NCBI RefSeq assembly: GCF_009914755.1 | Contig: NC_060927.1 | Origin: the human T2T-CHM13v2.0 reference genome, Homo sapiens | DNA: 64,000 nucleotides | Strand: one strand, 5' to 3' | In this document: piece by piece, positions 45,710-59,496 of the stretch | How the letters are laid out: every line of letters starts with the position of its first letter | Position numbering within the stretch: the first letter of the stretch is position 1 | The notes under the pieces: model-generated | Seen by the model: only the letters and a program-made list of their open reading frames with translations | Database searches by the model: none | Told to the model about the DNA's origin: nothing | Position numbers and translations under genes: made by a program

Positions 45710-48445
45710 TTAATAAACTAGGAATATTGGAGAACATTTTCAACTTGATTAAAAATAGCTATAAAAAATCTATAACAAATATCATAATGCTAAGACACTC
45801 AAAGCTTTCCCACCAAGGAACAACATCCCCTTTTACCACTGCGATTTTAGTATCATACTGGAAGTTTTAGCTAATGCAATAAGACAGGAAACAGAAAAAA
45901 AGGTATACAGATTGGGAAGGAAAAAATGAAGCTGTTTGTTCACAATTTTCATGATCATCTATGCAGAAAATTCAATAGTTGAAAAAACACCCAACTCCTA
46001 GAAAAAATAAGTGATTATAGCAGGGTTGCGGATTATAAAGTTAATACACACAAGTCAATTGCTTTTCTATATACCAGCAGTGAACAACAAGAATTTGAAA
46101 TTTAAAAATACAATAGCATTTACATTAGTGCTCCAAAAAATGAAATAACTCGGTAGAAATTTAACAAAATATATATAAGATCTATATTAGGAAAAGTAGA
46201 AAAGTCTGCTAAAAGAAATCAAAGAACTAAATAAATGAAGAGATAGTTCATGTTCATAGATAGGAAGACTCAATATTGTCAATAAATCAGTTTTTCCAAA
46301 CTTGATTTATGGGTTCAATGCAACAGCAATAAAGTCTCAGCAGGTTATTCTGCTGATGCTGACAAACTGATTCTAAATTTTATATGGAGAGGCAAAAAAT
46401 CCAGAATAGTCAGCACAATATTGAAGGATAACAAAGTTTGAGAATTGACACTACCTAATTTCAAGACTTACCATAAAGCCACAGTAACCAAGACAGTGTG
46501 GTACTGATGAAATAATAGACACACAGATCAATGGAACAGAATAGGGAGCTCAAAAATAGACCCACATTAATATAGTCAACTGATCTTTGACAAAGACCCA
46601 CATAAATATAGTCAACTGACATTTGACAAAGGAGCAAACAACTAGACATTCAAATGCAATGCAATTAAAATAAATGTAGACACAGACTCTCTTAGTTCAT
46701 TTGTGTCACTATAAAGAAATACCTGAGGCTGGGTAATCTAAAAAAAAAAAAAGTTATTTGGCTCATCTTCCTGCAAACTGTACAAGAAGCCTGTCACCAA
46801 CATCTGCTTCTGATGAGGTCGTCATGGTGGAAGGTAAAGGGAGCCACTTGTCACATGGTGAGAGAGGAAGCAAGGTGTGTGTGTGGGAGTTTCCAGACTC
46901 TTTTTAACAATCAGTTCTTTTGGGAACTAAGCATGAGAACATACCCCCTCAAGAATGGGCACCAAGCCATTCATGAGAGATTTGCCCCCATAACCCAAAC
47001 ACCTCTCAGCAGGCACCACATCAAACAATGGGTATCAAATTTAAACATGAGATGTGGCAGAGTCAAACAAACCATATCCAAACCATAGCACAGATTTTAA
47101 CCCTTCACAAAAATTGACTCAAAATGCATAATAGACCTAAATATAAAATACAAACTATAAAACTCGGATAATAGACCTAAATATAAACTATAAAACTCTT
47201 ATGAGATAAAATAGAAGAAAACCTAGATAACCTTGGGGTTGGCAATGACTTTGTTGATACAATACCCTAGACACACTCCGTGAAAGAAAGTATTGATAAT
47301 CTGGACTTCAATAAAATTAATAATTTCTGCTCTGCAAATGACACTGTTAAGGGACTGAGAAGACAAATCATAGACTAGGAAAAAATAATGCAAAATTTAT
47401 ATCAGATAAAACACACCTTTAAAATATACAAAGAACTCTTAAAACTCAATGGAAACAGGATTCAATTAAAAATTGGGCAAATAACTCACTGAAAACCATA
47501 TAGATGGCAAATAAGTATATAATAAGATGTTCCACATCATATATTATTAGGAAAATACACGTTAAAGCAACAATGAATAGCACTACACACTTATTAGAAT
47601 GGCTAACGTCCAGAGTACTGAGAACACCAAATTCTTATGAGGATGTAGAGCAACAGGAACTCTCATTCATTACTGGTAAGAATGCAAAATGATATAGCCA
47701 CTTTGAAAGATAGTTTGGTGGTTTCTTACAAAACTAAATATACTTTTACCATGTGATCCAGCAACCATGCTCCTTGTTATTTACTCAAAGGAGTTGAAAA
47801 CTTATGCCCACACAGAAACCCACACACAGATGTTTATAGCAGCTTTACTTATAATTGCCCATATTTGGAAGCAACCTGTATGTCATTTAGGAGCTGAATG
47901 AATAAACTGTGTTTTATCCAGACAATGGAACATTATTCAGGAATAAAAATGAATAATTTATCAAGAAATGAAAAGACATAGAAGAAAGTTAAATGCACAT
48001 TTCTATGTGGAAAAAAAGCCAATCTGAAAGACTGCATACTATATAACACTCTGGAAAGGGTAAATCTATGGAGACGGTAAAAATATCAGCGGTTGCTAAG
48101 GGTTACTGGGGAAGGAAAGATGAATAGCCAAAGTATAGAGGATCTTTAGTGCACTGAAACTTCTCTTTATGATATAATGGTGAATACGTGTCACTGTAAT
48201 TTGTCCATACCTACAGAATATGCAAGACCAAGAGTAAACTTTATGTAAACTATGGACTCTGTCTGGAAATGATGTTTTAATGTAGGTTCATCGACTGTAA
48301 TAAACAAACCACTTGGGTGGTAGATATGACAACAGGGGAGGCTATACATGTGTGGGTGCAGGGGACATGTGGGAAATCTCTGTACCTTCTGCTCCATTTT
48401 GCTGTAGACCTGAAACTATCTAGAGAATAACACCTATTAAAAATA
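45710..48445 (+). mobile_element. 5'-truncated L1MC1/2-like LINE
   Basis: ORF2 RT-region sequence through the L1MC 3'UTR ('gtaaactatggactct...gggaaatctctgtaccttctgctc'). Confidence 0.75.
46688..47090 (-). mobile_element. MSTB-type solo LTR
   Basis: 'tcttagttcatttgtg..ctataaagaaatacctgaggctgggtaat...caaaccatagca'; TSD cagac/cagat. Confidence 0.85.
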
Positions 48446-49052
48446 TAGAACAGAATATCAATGAACTGTGAAAAAATTACAAAAGGGGTAAAATAGATGC
48501 AATGAGAAAATGAATAGAAAAGGGAAGAAAAAGGAATAGAAAAAAAAGTGAAAACATCTGAAAACATTCCAAAATTAATGACAGACATGAAACCACAGTT
48601 CCAGGAAGCTCACAGAGTGCCAAGCAAGACAAATATAAAAAAGAGAGAAAAATCAAAACCTAGGCATGTAGTATTCAAACTTTAGAAAATCAAAAACAAA
48701 GAGAAACTCTTAAAAGAAGCCAGAACAAAATAAAAACCTTACTCGAGAAGAACAAGTATAAAGGTTACATCATACTTCTAGTCAGGAACCATACAAACAA
48801 GATGAGAATGGATATTTAAAGTGTTGAAAGAAAAAAAGAACTACCAGTCTAGAAATCTGTATCCAGAGAAATCATATTTCAAAAGTAAAGGAGAAATAGA
48901 CTTTCTCAAAGAAAAACTGATGAACCAGTACATCTTCCCTGAAATACTTGTTAGGAGAAGTTCTTCAGAGAGAAGCAAAATGATATGTGTTAGAAACTCA
49001 GATCCACATAAAGAAAGGAAGAACATCCGAGAAGGAATAAATAAAGATTGTC

Positions 49053-49334
49053 GGCTGGGCGCGGTGGCTCATGCCTGTAATCCCAGCACTTTGGGAGGCC
49101 GAGGCGGGCGGATCACGAGGTCAGGAGATCGAGACCATCCTGTCTAACTAAAAATACAAAAAATACAAAAAATTAGCCGGGCATGGTGGCGGGCGCCTGT
49201 AGTCCCAGGTACTCGGGAGGCTGAGGCAGGAGAATGGCGTGAACCCAGGAGGCGGAGCTTGCAGTGAGCCTAGATCGCGCCACTGCAGTCTAGCCTGGGC
49301 AACAGGGTGAGACTCCGTCTCAAAAAAAAAAAAA
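49053..49334 (+). mobile_element. AluY
   Basis: CpG-rich with Y diagnostics; TSD aaagattgtc at 49043-49052 and 49335-49344; small deletion at the end of the left arm. Confidence 0.95.
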
Positions 49335-49340
49335 AAAGAT

Positions 49341-52084
49341 TGTCATGGTTTGAATGTTCCCTCTAAAAATCAGGTGTTGCCCACGTAATACTATTAGGAG
49401 GTGGAAAATTTAAAAGGTAATTAGGCTATGAGAGGCCCTCCTTTATGAATGCGATGAAGACTTTTATAAAAGAGGTTTACTGCAACATTTAGCTAGCTTG
49501 CCTTTATACATGTTGCTGCATTCCTCTCCTCCAGAGGATGCAGCCATCATCAGACAACGGAACCTATTAGTGTCTTAATCTTGAAGCCTCCAGAAGTATG
49601 AGAAAGTAAATTTTTATTTTATAAATTACCCACACTGTGGTATTCTTTCATAGCAGCACAAATTGGCTGAGACAGAAATTGGCACCAGAAGTGGGCTGTT
49701 AATATAACAAATATCTAAAAATGTGAAAGTGCCTTTGGAACTGGGTAATGGGCAAAGACTGAAACAGTTTTGAAGCAAATACAAACAAAAGTCTGTTTTG
49801 CCATAAAAAGAGCATTAAGGGCAATCCTGGTGAGGGCTCAAAAGAAGAGAAGAGCTTTAAAGAAAACCTTAATTTTCTTAGAGATGACTTAAGTTGTGAC
49901 TGTGGAGATTATTCTGATGAGGTCTCAGATGAAAATGAAGTATATCTTATTGAAAACTGAAGGAAAGGTCAGTCTTATTATAAATTGGCAAATAACCCGG
50001 CTGAATTATGTCTGTATCCTAGGGCTTAATGAAAGGCAGAAGTTAAGAGCAACGAAATGTGATATTTGGCAGAAGAACTCTCTACACTCTAAAGTATCCA
50101 GGATGCTGCATGGCTTCTCTTTACTCCTTCTAGTAAAATGAAATAAGAGAGACATGATTTAAAGATGAAATTTATAATTTAAAGGGAAGCAAAATGCAAA
50201 GATCCAGAAAAGTCTCAGCCTGGCCATGTAAAGAATAAAAATAAACATGTTTAAGAGATAAAACTCAAGTTGTGGTCAGGCAACCATTTGATAAGGAGAT
50301 TAATATGGGTAAAGAAAATCCAGGTGCTAGTCATCAAGACAATGGGAGAATGATGGTCAAGGCATTTCAGAGGTCTTCACAGCTTCCCCTCCCATCAGAG
50401 GCCCAGAGTGCCAGTGACTTGGGGGCAGAATGGTTTTGGAGGATGGGTCTAGGGTTCCTGTTGGACCTTGAGGCTTGCTGCCATGGCTGTCTCAGGTCTC
50501 TGCTTCTTGCATTCTGGTGCAGCACTCTTTGGCTACTCTAGCCATAGCTCAAGTGGGCCCAGGTGCAACTCAGGTGCTGCTCTGAAGGGTGCCAGTGGTG
50601 AACCTTAGTGGCATCCACGTGGGTTTATCTGCAGGTGCACAGTGTGATATGGTTTGGCTGTGTCCCCACTCAAATCACACCTTGAATTGTAATAATCCCC
50701 ATGTGTCAAGGGCGGCACCAAGTGGAGATAATTGAATCATGGGGCTGGTTTCCTCTGTACTGTTCTCATGGTAGTGAATAAGTCTCATGAGATCTGATGG
50801 TTTTATAAACAGGAGTTCCCCTAAACAAGCTCTCTTGCTTGCCACCATGTAAGTTGTGACTTTGCTCATCATTTGCCTTCCACCATGATTGTGAGGCCAC
50901 CCCCGCCACACAGAACTGTGAGTCAATTAAAACTCTTTCCTTCATAAATTACCCAGTCTTGGGTACGTTTTTATTAACAGCATGAGAACAGATGAATACA
51001 GAGTGCAAGAGCTGTCAAGTTATGGCTTCCTCTACCTAGATTTCCAATAATGTCTCAGACAGCCTCAGGGCCCAGGCAGAGACATGCTGCAGTGGAGGTG
51101 CCTCGCAGAGCCTGCACTAGAGCAATGTCTAGTGGAGTTATGGGGTCAGGGCTGCCCCCAAGACCTCAGAACTGTACAGCCACAAACATGCAGCACCAGC
51201 CTGGGAAAATCACAGACATGTGACTTTAATGCACGAGAGCTAAGGGGTGTGCTGCACCCAACAAAGCTGTGGGGATGGGACTGCCCAAGTCCTTGGGCAT
51301 CAACCCCTGCCCCAGTGTGTCCAGGAGGCAAAACATGAAATCAAAGCAGATTATCATTAAGCCTTAAGATTTAATGTTGTTTGCCCTGTTGGATTTTGGA
51401 TTTACTTGGGACCTGTTACCCTTTCTTCTTTTCTAGTTCTCCCTTTTGGAACGAGAATGTTTGTCCTTTTCCTGCACTAGCACTGTATTTTGGCAACACA
51501 TAACTTATTTGATTTCACAGGCTCACAGCTGTGGGGAAATTTGTCTGGGGATTAATTGTGCCTTGAATCTCACCCCTATCTGATTTAGGTGATAGCTAGA
51601 TGAAACTCTGGACATTAGAATTTAAAGTTGTTGCTGGAATTAGTTAAGACTTTTGGGGCTATTGAGATAGAATGAAATGGATATATTTTTTATGTGAGAA
51701 AGACTTAAATTTTAGGGGCCAGGGGCAGAATTTCATGGTTTGAGTGTGTCCCCTCCAAAATTCAGTTGTTGCCAATGTGAGTATTAGGAGATGGGCCTTT
51801 ATGTGGTGTTTAGGCTAGAAGGGCTCCTCCTTCATAAATGAGATTAATGCCCTTATAAAAGAGGCTTCACACAACACTTGGCTCATTTGACCTTCTACTT
51901 TCTGCCATTTGAGAACATAGCATTTCTCTTCCCCAGAGGATGGAGTGCTCACCAGACAGTCTAACCTGTAGGTACACTGATCTTGGACTTCCCAGCCTCT
52001 AGAACTGTGAGAAAATAATTCCTGTTATTTATAAATTACCCAGTCTATGTTATTCTTTCATAGCAGCACAAATGGACTAAAATA
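49341..52084 (+). mobile_element. Complete MSTC-like MaLR: LTR 49341-49674, internal, LTR 51731-52084
   Basis: Homologous LTRs (tgtcatggtttga / tttcatggtttga ... tattctttcatagcagcacaaat), polypurine tract before the right LTR, TSD aagat. Confidence 0.85.
50645..51000 (+). mobile_element. THE1 (B/C-like) solo LTR
   Basis: 'tgatatggtttggctgtgtcccca...agaacagatgaataca'; TSD cagtg/gagtg. Confidence 0.9.
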
Positions 52085-53732
52085 AAGATAAAGTAAAATC
52101 TTTTATTTTTAAAATTCTTAATTGATCCAATGGATTTTGTTTATTCAAAGCAATAATAATAATAATAATGTTTTGGTTGATTATAGCATATGAATAAATG
52201 AACTGAATGATGATAATGTAAAGAATGAGAGGAAGAATTTGAGAATACTCTGTTATGAGGTATCTGTATTTCAGCTTGAAGTGGTACAGTATTATTTGAA
52301 TAAATTAGTTGTTAATGTATATTGTAAACTCTAGAGCAACCACTAAAAAAATTTATGATATGCTATTTACAGGCTAAACAAGGAGAGAAAATGAAATCAT
52401 GTAAAATACTCAATCAAAACCATAGACGACAGAAAAAAATGAGAAGACAAGTAATAAAAAAAAGTGCTGTTATGTTGTTTTTTTAGTTTGTATCCTTTTT
52501 TGATGTATGTGGTTATTACTATAAACTTCCCTCTTAGTACTGCTTTCACTTTAACCCATAGGTTTTGGTATGTTGTGTTAAAATCTTCATTTGTTTCAAG
52601 AAACTTTAAAATTTCCTCTTAATTTTTTCATTGATCCAGTGGTCATTCAAGAGCATATATAGCGTTGCATATACATATATATATATATGTGTATATATAT
52701 ATATATATGACTAATATATATGGCATTTATATATGCAATTGTTGTATCCTCTTGCTAAATTAACTCCTTTATCATTATGTAATGACATTCTCTGTCTCTT
52801 TTTACAGTTTTTGTCATGCAATCTGATAAGTATAGCTTATATCAAATAACTATAGCTCTTCCTGCTCTTTTTTGGTTTCCATTTGCATGGAATATCCTTT
52901 TTCATCCCTTATTTTCAGTCTATGTGTCTCTTTATAGGTGAAATATGTTACTTATAGGCAACAGATCATTGGGCCTTGTTTTTTTAATCCATTCTACCAT
53001 TCTCTGTCATTTGATTGGAGAGTTTAGTCTATTTACATTCAGTGTTCTTATTGATAAGTAAGGGCTTACTCTTACCATTTTGTTATTTATTTTCTGGCTG
53101 TTTTGTGGTCTTCTCTTCCTTCTTTTATTTCTTTCTGTCTTTCTTTTAGTGAAGGAGATTTTCTCTGGTGGTATGTTTTAATCTCCTGCTTTTTGTGTGT
53201 GTGTCTGTTGTACGTTTTTTGATTTGAGGTTTACTATGGAGCTTGCAAATAATATCTTATAATCATTATTTGAAACTGATGACAACTTAACACTGATTGC
53301 ATAAACTAACAAGCAAAGAGAGAACTAATAAAAACTACATTTTAACTTTGTTCTGCTTTAAAACTTTTTGTGGTTCCTATTTACATCTTATGGTACTATG
53401 TCTTGAGAAGTTGTAGTTATTATTTTTTACCAATTCATCTTTTAGTTTTTCTACTTAACATGAGTAGTTTAAAACTCACAGTTACAGTGTTACATTATTC
53501 TGTGTTTTTCTGTGTACGTACTATTACCAGTGATTTTGCACCTTCAGATAATTTCTTATTGCTCATAGGTCCTTTTCTTTCAGATTAAAGACCTCTCCTT
53601 AGCATTTCTTGTAGGATAGGTCTGGTGTTGATAGAATTCCTTCGCTTTTGTTTTTCTGGGAAAGTATATTTCTTCATGTTTGAAGGATATTTTCACTGAA
53701 TATACTATTCTAGGATCAAAGGGTTGTTTTCT

Positions 53733-54509
53733 GTAATAACCAGTGATGATGAGCTTTTTCTTTCGTATGTTTGTTGGTCACATAAGTGTCTTCTTTTGAG
53801 ATACCATCTCACGCCAGTTAGAATGGCGATCATTAAAAAGTCAGGAAACAACAGATGTTGTAGAGGATGTGGAGAAATAGGAACACTTTTACACTGTTGG
53901 TGGGAGTGTAAATTAGTTCAACTGTTGTGGAAGACAGTGTGGCGATTCCTCAAGGATCTAGAACCAGAAATACCATTTGACCCAGCCATCCCATTACTGG
54001 GTATATACCCAAAGGATTATAAATCATTCTACTATAAAGACACATGCACACATATGTTTATTGCAGCACTATTCGCAATAGCAAACACTTGGAAACAACC
54101 CAAATGCCCATCAATGATAGACTGGATAAAGAAAATGTGGCACATATACACTATGGAATACTATGCAGCCATAAAAAAGAATGAGTTCATGTCCTTTGCA
54201 GGGACATGGATGAAGCTGGAAACCATTGTTCTCAGCAAACTAACACAGGAACAGAAAACCAAACACCGCAGTTTCTTACTCATAAGTGGGAGTTGAACAA
54301 TGATAACACATGGACACCAGGAGGGGAACATCACACACTGGGGCCTGTCAGGGGTGGGGGCCTAGGGAAGGGATAGCATTAGGAGAAATACCTAATGTAG
54401 ATGATGGGTTGATGAGTGCAGCAAACCACCATGGCATGTGTACATGGAATGTAACAAACCTGCACATTCTGCACATGTATTCCAGAACTTAAAGTATATA
54501 AAAAAAGGA
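53733..54509 (+). mobile_element. Short L1PA6/7-like insertion with 5' inversion
   Basis: 53733-53800 is antisense L1 and 53797-54509 is sense L1 through the tail. TSD aaagggttgttttct at 53718-53732 and 54510-54524. Confidence 0.9.
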
Positions 54510-56214
54510 AAAGGGTTGTTTTCTTTTCTTTTTAGCACTTTAAATATGTCATGCCACTTTTCCTGGCCTGTAAGTTCTCCAATGAAAAATCGGCTGTAAG
54601 ATGTATTGGAGCTTCTTTTTATGCTTTTTCCTTTCTCTTTTAGGATTCTTCCTCTATACTTGACTCTTGGGAATTTGATTATTAAATGTCTTGAGGTAGC
54701 CTCATTTGAGTTAAATCTGATTGGTGTTCTATAACCTTGCTGTACTTGAATATTCATTTTCTTTCTGTAGGTTTGGGAAGTTCTCCATTATTATCCCTTT
54801 GACTAAAACTTTCTACTCCTATCTCTCTCTTTGTGTCTTCTTTAAGGCCAATAACTTTCAGATTTACTCTCTTTTAACTTCTATTTTAGGGTCAGGGGTA
54901 CATGAGAAGGTTTATTACACAGGTAAACTCATGTCTTGCTGTACAGATTATTTAATCACTCAGGTATTAAGCCCAGTAATCAATAGTTACCTTTCCCACT
55001 CCTGTCCCTTCTCCCACCCTCCACCCTCAAGTAGACCCCAGTGTCTGTTGTTTTCCTCTTTGCATTTGTAAGTGATCATTTAGCTCCCACTTATAAATGA
55101 GAACATGTTATATTTGATTTTCTGTCCCTGCAACAGTTTGCTAAGGATAATAACCCCCAGCTCCATCCATGTTCCAGCAAAAGATATGATCTCATCCTTT
55201 TTTTGTAGTTGCACAGTATTCCATAGTGTACATGTAACCACCTTATCTTTATCTAGTCTACCATGATGGGCATTTAGGTTGATACCACGTCTTTGCTATT
55301 GTGAATAGTGCTTCAATGAACGTTCTCATGCATATGTCTTTATGATAGAATGATTTATATTCCTCTGGGTATGTATCCAGTTATGGGATTGTTGAGTTGA
55401 ACAGTTCTGCTTTTAGCTCTTTGAGAAATCACCATGCTGCCTTCCACAATGGTTGAACTAATTTACACTCCCACCAACAGTATATAAGTGTTCCCGTTTT
55501 CTCTGCAACCTTGCTAGCATCTGTTATTTTTTGACTTTTGAATAATAATCATTCTGATTGGTCTGAGATGGTATCTCATTGTGGTTTTGATTTACATTCC
55601 TCTGATGATCAGTGATATTGAGTGTTCTCCCATATGCTTGTTGGCTGCCTGTATGCTTTCTTTTGGGAAGTGTCTGTTTATGTCCTTTGCCCACTTTTTA
55701 GTAGGATTGTTTGTTTTGCTGTTGTAAATGTGTTTAAGTTCTTTATAGATGCTGGATATTAGACCTTGTCAGATGCATAGTTAGCAAAAATTATCTCCAA
55801 TTCTGTAGGTTGTCTGTGTAGTCTGTTGATGATTTCTTTTGCTGTTCAGAAGCTCTTCAGTTTAATTAGATCTCACTTGTCATTTTTTGCTTTTGTTGCG
55901 ATTGCTTTTGGTGTCTTTGTCATAAAATCTTTGCCCGTTTCTATGTCAAGGATAGTATTGCCTAGGTTATCTTCAAGGGTTTTTATAGTTTTAGGTTTTA
56001 CAGTTAAGTCTTTAATCCATCTTGAGTTGATTTTCATATATGGTGTAAAAAAGGGGTCCAGCTTCAATCTTCTACATATGGCTAGCCAGTTATCCCAACA
56101 CCTTTTATTGAATAGGGAGTCTTTTCCCCATTGCTTGTTTTTGTCAGCTGTGTCAAAGATCAGATGGTCATAGGTCTGTGGCCTGATTTCTGGGCTCTCC
56201 ATTCTGTTCCATTG

Positions 56215-56356
56215 GTCTATGGGTCTATTTTTGTACTAGTACCTTGCTGTTTCGGTTACTGTAGCCCTATAGCATAGTTTGAAAATAGTCTATGGGTCTA
56301 TTTTTGTACTAGTACCTTGCTGTTTCGGTTACTATAGCCCTATAGCATAGTTTGAA
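56215..56356. repeat. 69-bp tandem duplication (one mismatch, 4-bp spacer aata)
   Basis: 56215-56283 versus 56288-56356. Confidence 0.9.
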
Positions 56357-56535
56357 GTTGGGTAACATAATGCCTCCAGCTTTGTTCTTTTTGCTTAGGA
56401 TTGCCTTGGCTATGTGGGCTCTTTTTTGTTTTTCTAAATTTTTTTAATAGTTTTTTTTCCAGTTCTGTGAAGAATGTTGTTGGTAGTTTGATAGAAATAG
56501 CATTGAAACTTTAAATTGCTTTGGACAGTATAGCC

Positions 56536-56824
56536 TTTTTTTTTTTTTTCTTGAGATGGGGTTTTGCCCTGTCACCAGGCTGGGCAAGATTGCAATGGTG
56601 CAATCTTGGCTCACTGCAACCTCCGCCTCCCGGGTTCAGATGATTCTCCTGGAGTAACTGGGATTGCAGGCGCCTGCCACCACGCCCAGCTAATTTTTGT
56701 ATTTTGAATAGAGACAGGGTTTCACCATGTTGGCCAGGCTGGTCTCGAACTGCTGACCTCATGATCTGCCTGCCTCAGCCTCCCAAAGTGCTGGCATTAC
56801 AGGCATGAGCCACCGCACCCAGCC
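56536..56824 (-). mobile_element. AluS
   Basis: Poly-T then Alu reverse complement; 'tagcc' repeated at 56531 and 56825. Confidence 0.9.
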
Positions 56825-59496
56825 TAGCCATTTTAATGATATTGATTTTTCCTATTTATGAGCATGGACTGTTTTTTCATTTGTGTCTTCTCTGATTTCT
56901 TTGAGCAACGTTTTGTAACTCTCATTGTAGAGATCTTTCACCTCCCTGATTAGCTGTATTCCTAGGTAGTTTATTCTTTTTGTGGCAGTTGCAAATGGGA
57001 TTGCCTTTCTGATTTGGCTCTCAGTTTGACTGTTGGTGTATAGAAATATTAGTGACTTTTGTACATTGATTTTATATCTGGAAACTTTGCTGAAGTTGTT
57101 TATCAGCTGAAGGAGCTTTTGAGCTGAGACTATGGGGTTTGCCGATATAGAATAATGTTGTCTGCAAACAGACAGTTTGACTTCCTCTCTTCCTATTTGG
57201 ATGCCATTTATTTCTTTCTCTTGCCTGATTGCTCTGGGTAGGACTTCCAATAATATGTTGAATAGAAGTCATGAGAGAGGGCATCCTTGTCTTGTGCTGG
57301 TTTTCAAGGTGAATGCTTCTAGCTTTTGCCCATTGAGTATAATGTGGGCTGTGGGTTTGTAATAGATGGCTTTTATTATTTGAGGTAAGTTTCCTCAGTA
57401 CCTAGTTTATTGAGAGAATTTAACATGAAGCAGTGTTAAATTTTATTGAAAGCCTTTTCTGCATCTATTGAGAAAATCATTTGGTATTTGTCCTTAGTTC
57501 TCTTTTTATATGATGAATCACATCTATTGATTTGCATATATTGAACCAACCTTGCATCCTGGGGATGAAGCCAACTTGATCATGGCAGATTAACTTTTTA
57601 ATGTGCTGCTGGATTCAGTTTTCAAGTATTTTTTTATGATTTTTGTATCTGTGTTTATCAAGAATATTGGCCTGAAGTTTTCTTTTTGTTTTTGTGTCTT
57701 TACCAAGATTTACTCTTTTGATGCTTTATTCTAGATCTTTTGATGTGTTTCATCATTTTTTATTCTTTTTTTGTCTCCTCTGTGTATTTTCAAATAGCTT
57801 GCCTTCAAACTCATTAATTCTTTCTTCTGCTTGATCAATTCTTCTGTGGGAGACTCTGATGTATACTTCAGCATGTCAATTTTATTTTTCAGCTCCAGGA
57901 TTCCTGCTTGGTTCCTTTTAATTATTTCAATCTCTTTGTTAAATTTACCTGATAGGATTCTGAATTCCTTCTCTGTGTTATAGTATGTTTCATTGCGCTT
58001 CCTCAAACAGCTGTTTTGAATTCTGTGTCTGAAAGGTCACATATTGCTGTCTCTCTGGAATTGTTCACTAGTGCTTTATTCAGTTTGTTTGGTGAGGTCA
58101 TGTTTTCCTGGATAGTCTCAATGCTCACGAATTTTTATTGGTGTCTGGACATTGAAGTGTTAGGTATTCATTTTAGTCTTTGCAGTCTGGGCTTGTTTGT
58201 ACCCATCATTTCTGGAAAGGCTTTTTAGTTATTCAAAGAAACTTTCGTGTTATGATCTAAGTCTTTGGTCACTGAAGCCATAAGCCATACTAAATTTAGG
58301 GGAAGCCCAAGCCCAGTAGCACTGTGGCTACTGAAGATTCAGAGGGGTAGCCTTTTAGTGCTCTTGGGTAAAATTCAGGAAAATTCTCTGGATTACCAGG
58401 CAGAGACTCTTATTCTCTTCCTTTACTTTCCCCATCAAAAGTGGAGTCTCTCTGTGCTGAGCTTTCTGGAGCTGGGGGAGGGGTGACATAGATACTTCTG
58501 TGGCTACCCCCAATGGCACTGCACTGGGTCAAATCTCAAGCCAACACAGCACTGGGTCTCACCCATGGCCCATAGTAAACAGTACCTGGCTGCCATCTAT
58601 GTTCACTCAAGGGCCAAGGGCTCTCCAATCAGCAGGTGGCAAATCCAGACAGAGTTATATCCTTCTTTTCAGGGCAGCAAGCTCCCCCTGGCCCTGGGTG
58701 GGTCTGAAGATGCTGTGTGGGATCCAGTGCCTCAATTTGGGAAACTTAGGAATCTACCTTGTGATCTATTCTGCTGTGGCTGAGTTGGCACCCAAGACAC
58801 AATGCAAAGTCCTTTCCACTCTTCCCTCCCTTTTACACAAACAGAAGAGGTTCTCCTCATGACTACCACCACTTCAGGCCCATGATGAGTACTGCCTGAG
58901 TATTGCCAATGTTTACTCAAGGTCCAAGGTCTCTACAGTCAGCTTGTGGTGACTGCTAGGCCTGGGACTCTCTCTTTAGGGAAGTGGGCTCCCCTCTGGC
59001 CCAGGGCAGGTCCAGAAATGCTGTTCAACAGCCATGGCTTAGTATCAGGGACCCAAAGTGCCTACTTGGTCCTCTACCCCACTGTGGCTGAGCCGGTACT
59101 CAAGCTGAAAGAGAAAGTCCCCTTTATTTTTCCCTCTCCTTTCCTCTAGTGGAAGATGTCTCTCCCCATAGCCACCATAGCTGGGAATGTGCTGCGTCAC
59201 ACCTGAAGCCAGCACAGCTCTGAGTCTTACCCAACGCCTGTGGCAAGTACAGCCTGTCTACCATAGCTGACTGTTTGGGAACTAAAAGCTCTTTAGTCAG
59301 CAGGTGATAAATTATGCTAGGACTCTGTTCCTCCCTTCAAGTCAGTGGGCTCCATTTTGGCCCAGGGTGTATTTAGAAAAAAAGTCTTCCAGGATCTAGG
59401 GCCTAAAATGCAGGTGTCAGAACTCTACCTGGTACCCTATTCTACTGTGTCTGAGCTGGTATCCAAGTTGTGAAACAAAGTTTTCTTTAGTCTCCC

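Larger units (their letters stand above)
54871..57705 (-). mobile_element. 5'-truncated L1PA15/16-like LINE
   Basis: 3'UTR reverse complement at left, ORF2 remnants (ORFs 55873-56202, 56852-57250); TSD agatttactct at 54860-54870 and 57706-57716. Confidence 0.85.

Noticed and set aside
55826-59149. ORFs of 60-132 aa
   Set aside because: Broken L1 ORF1/ORF2 remnants or antisense/5'UTR frames.
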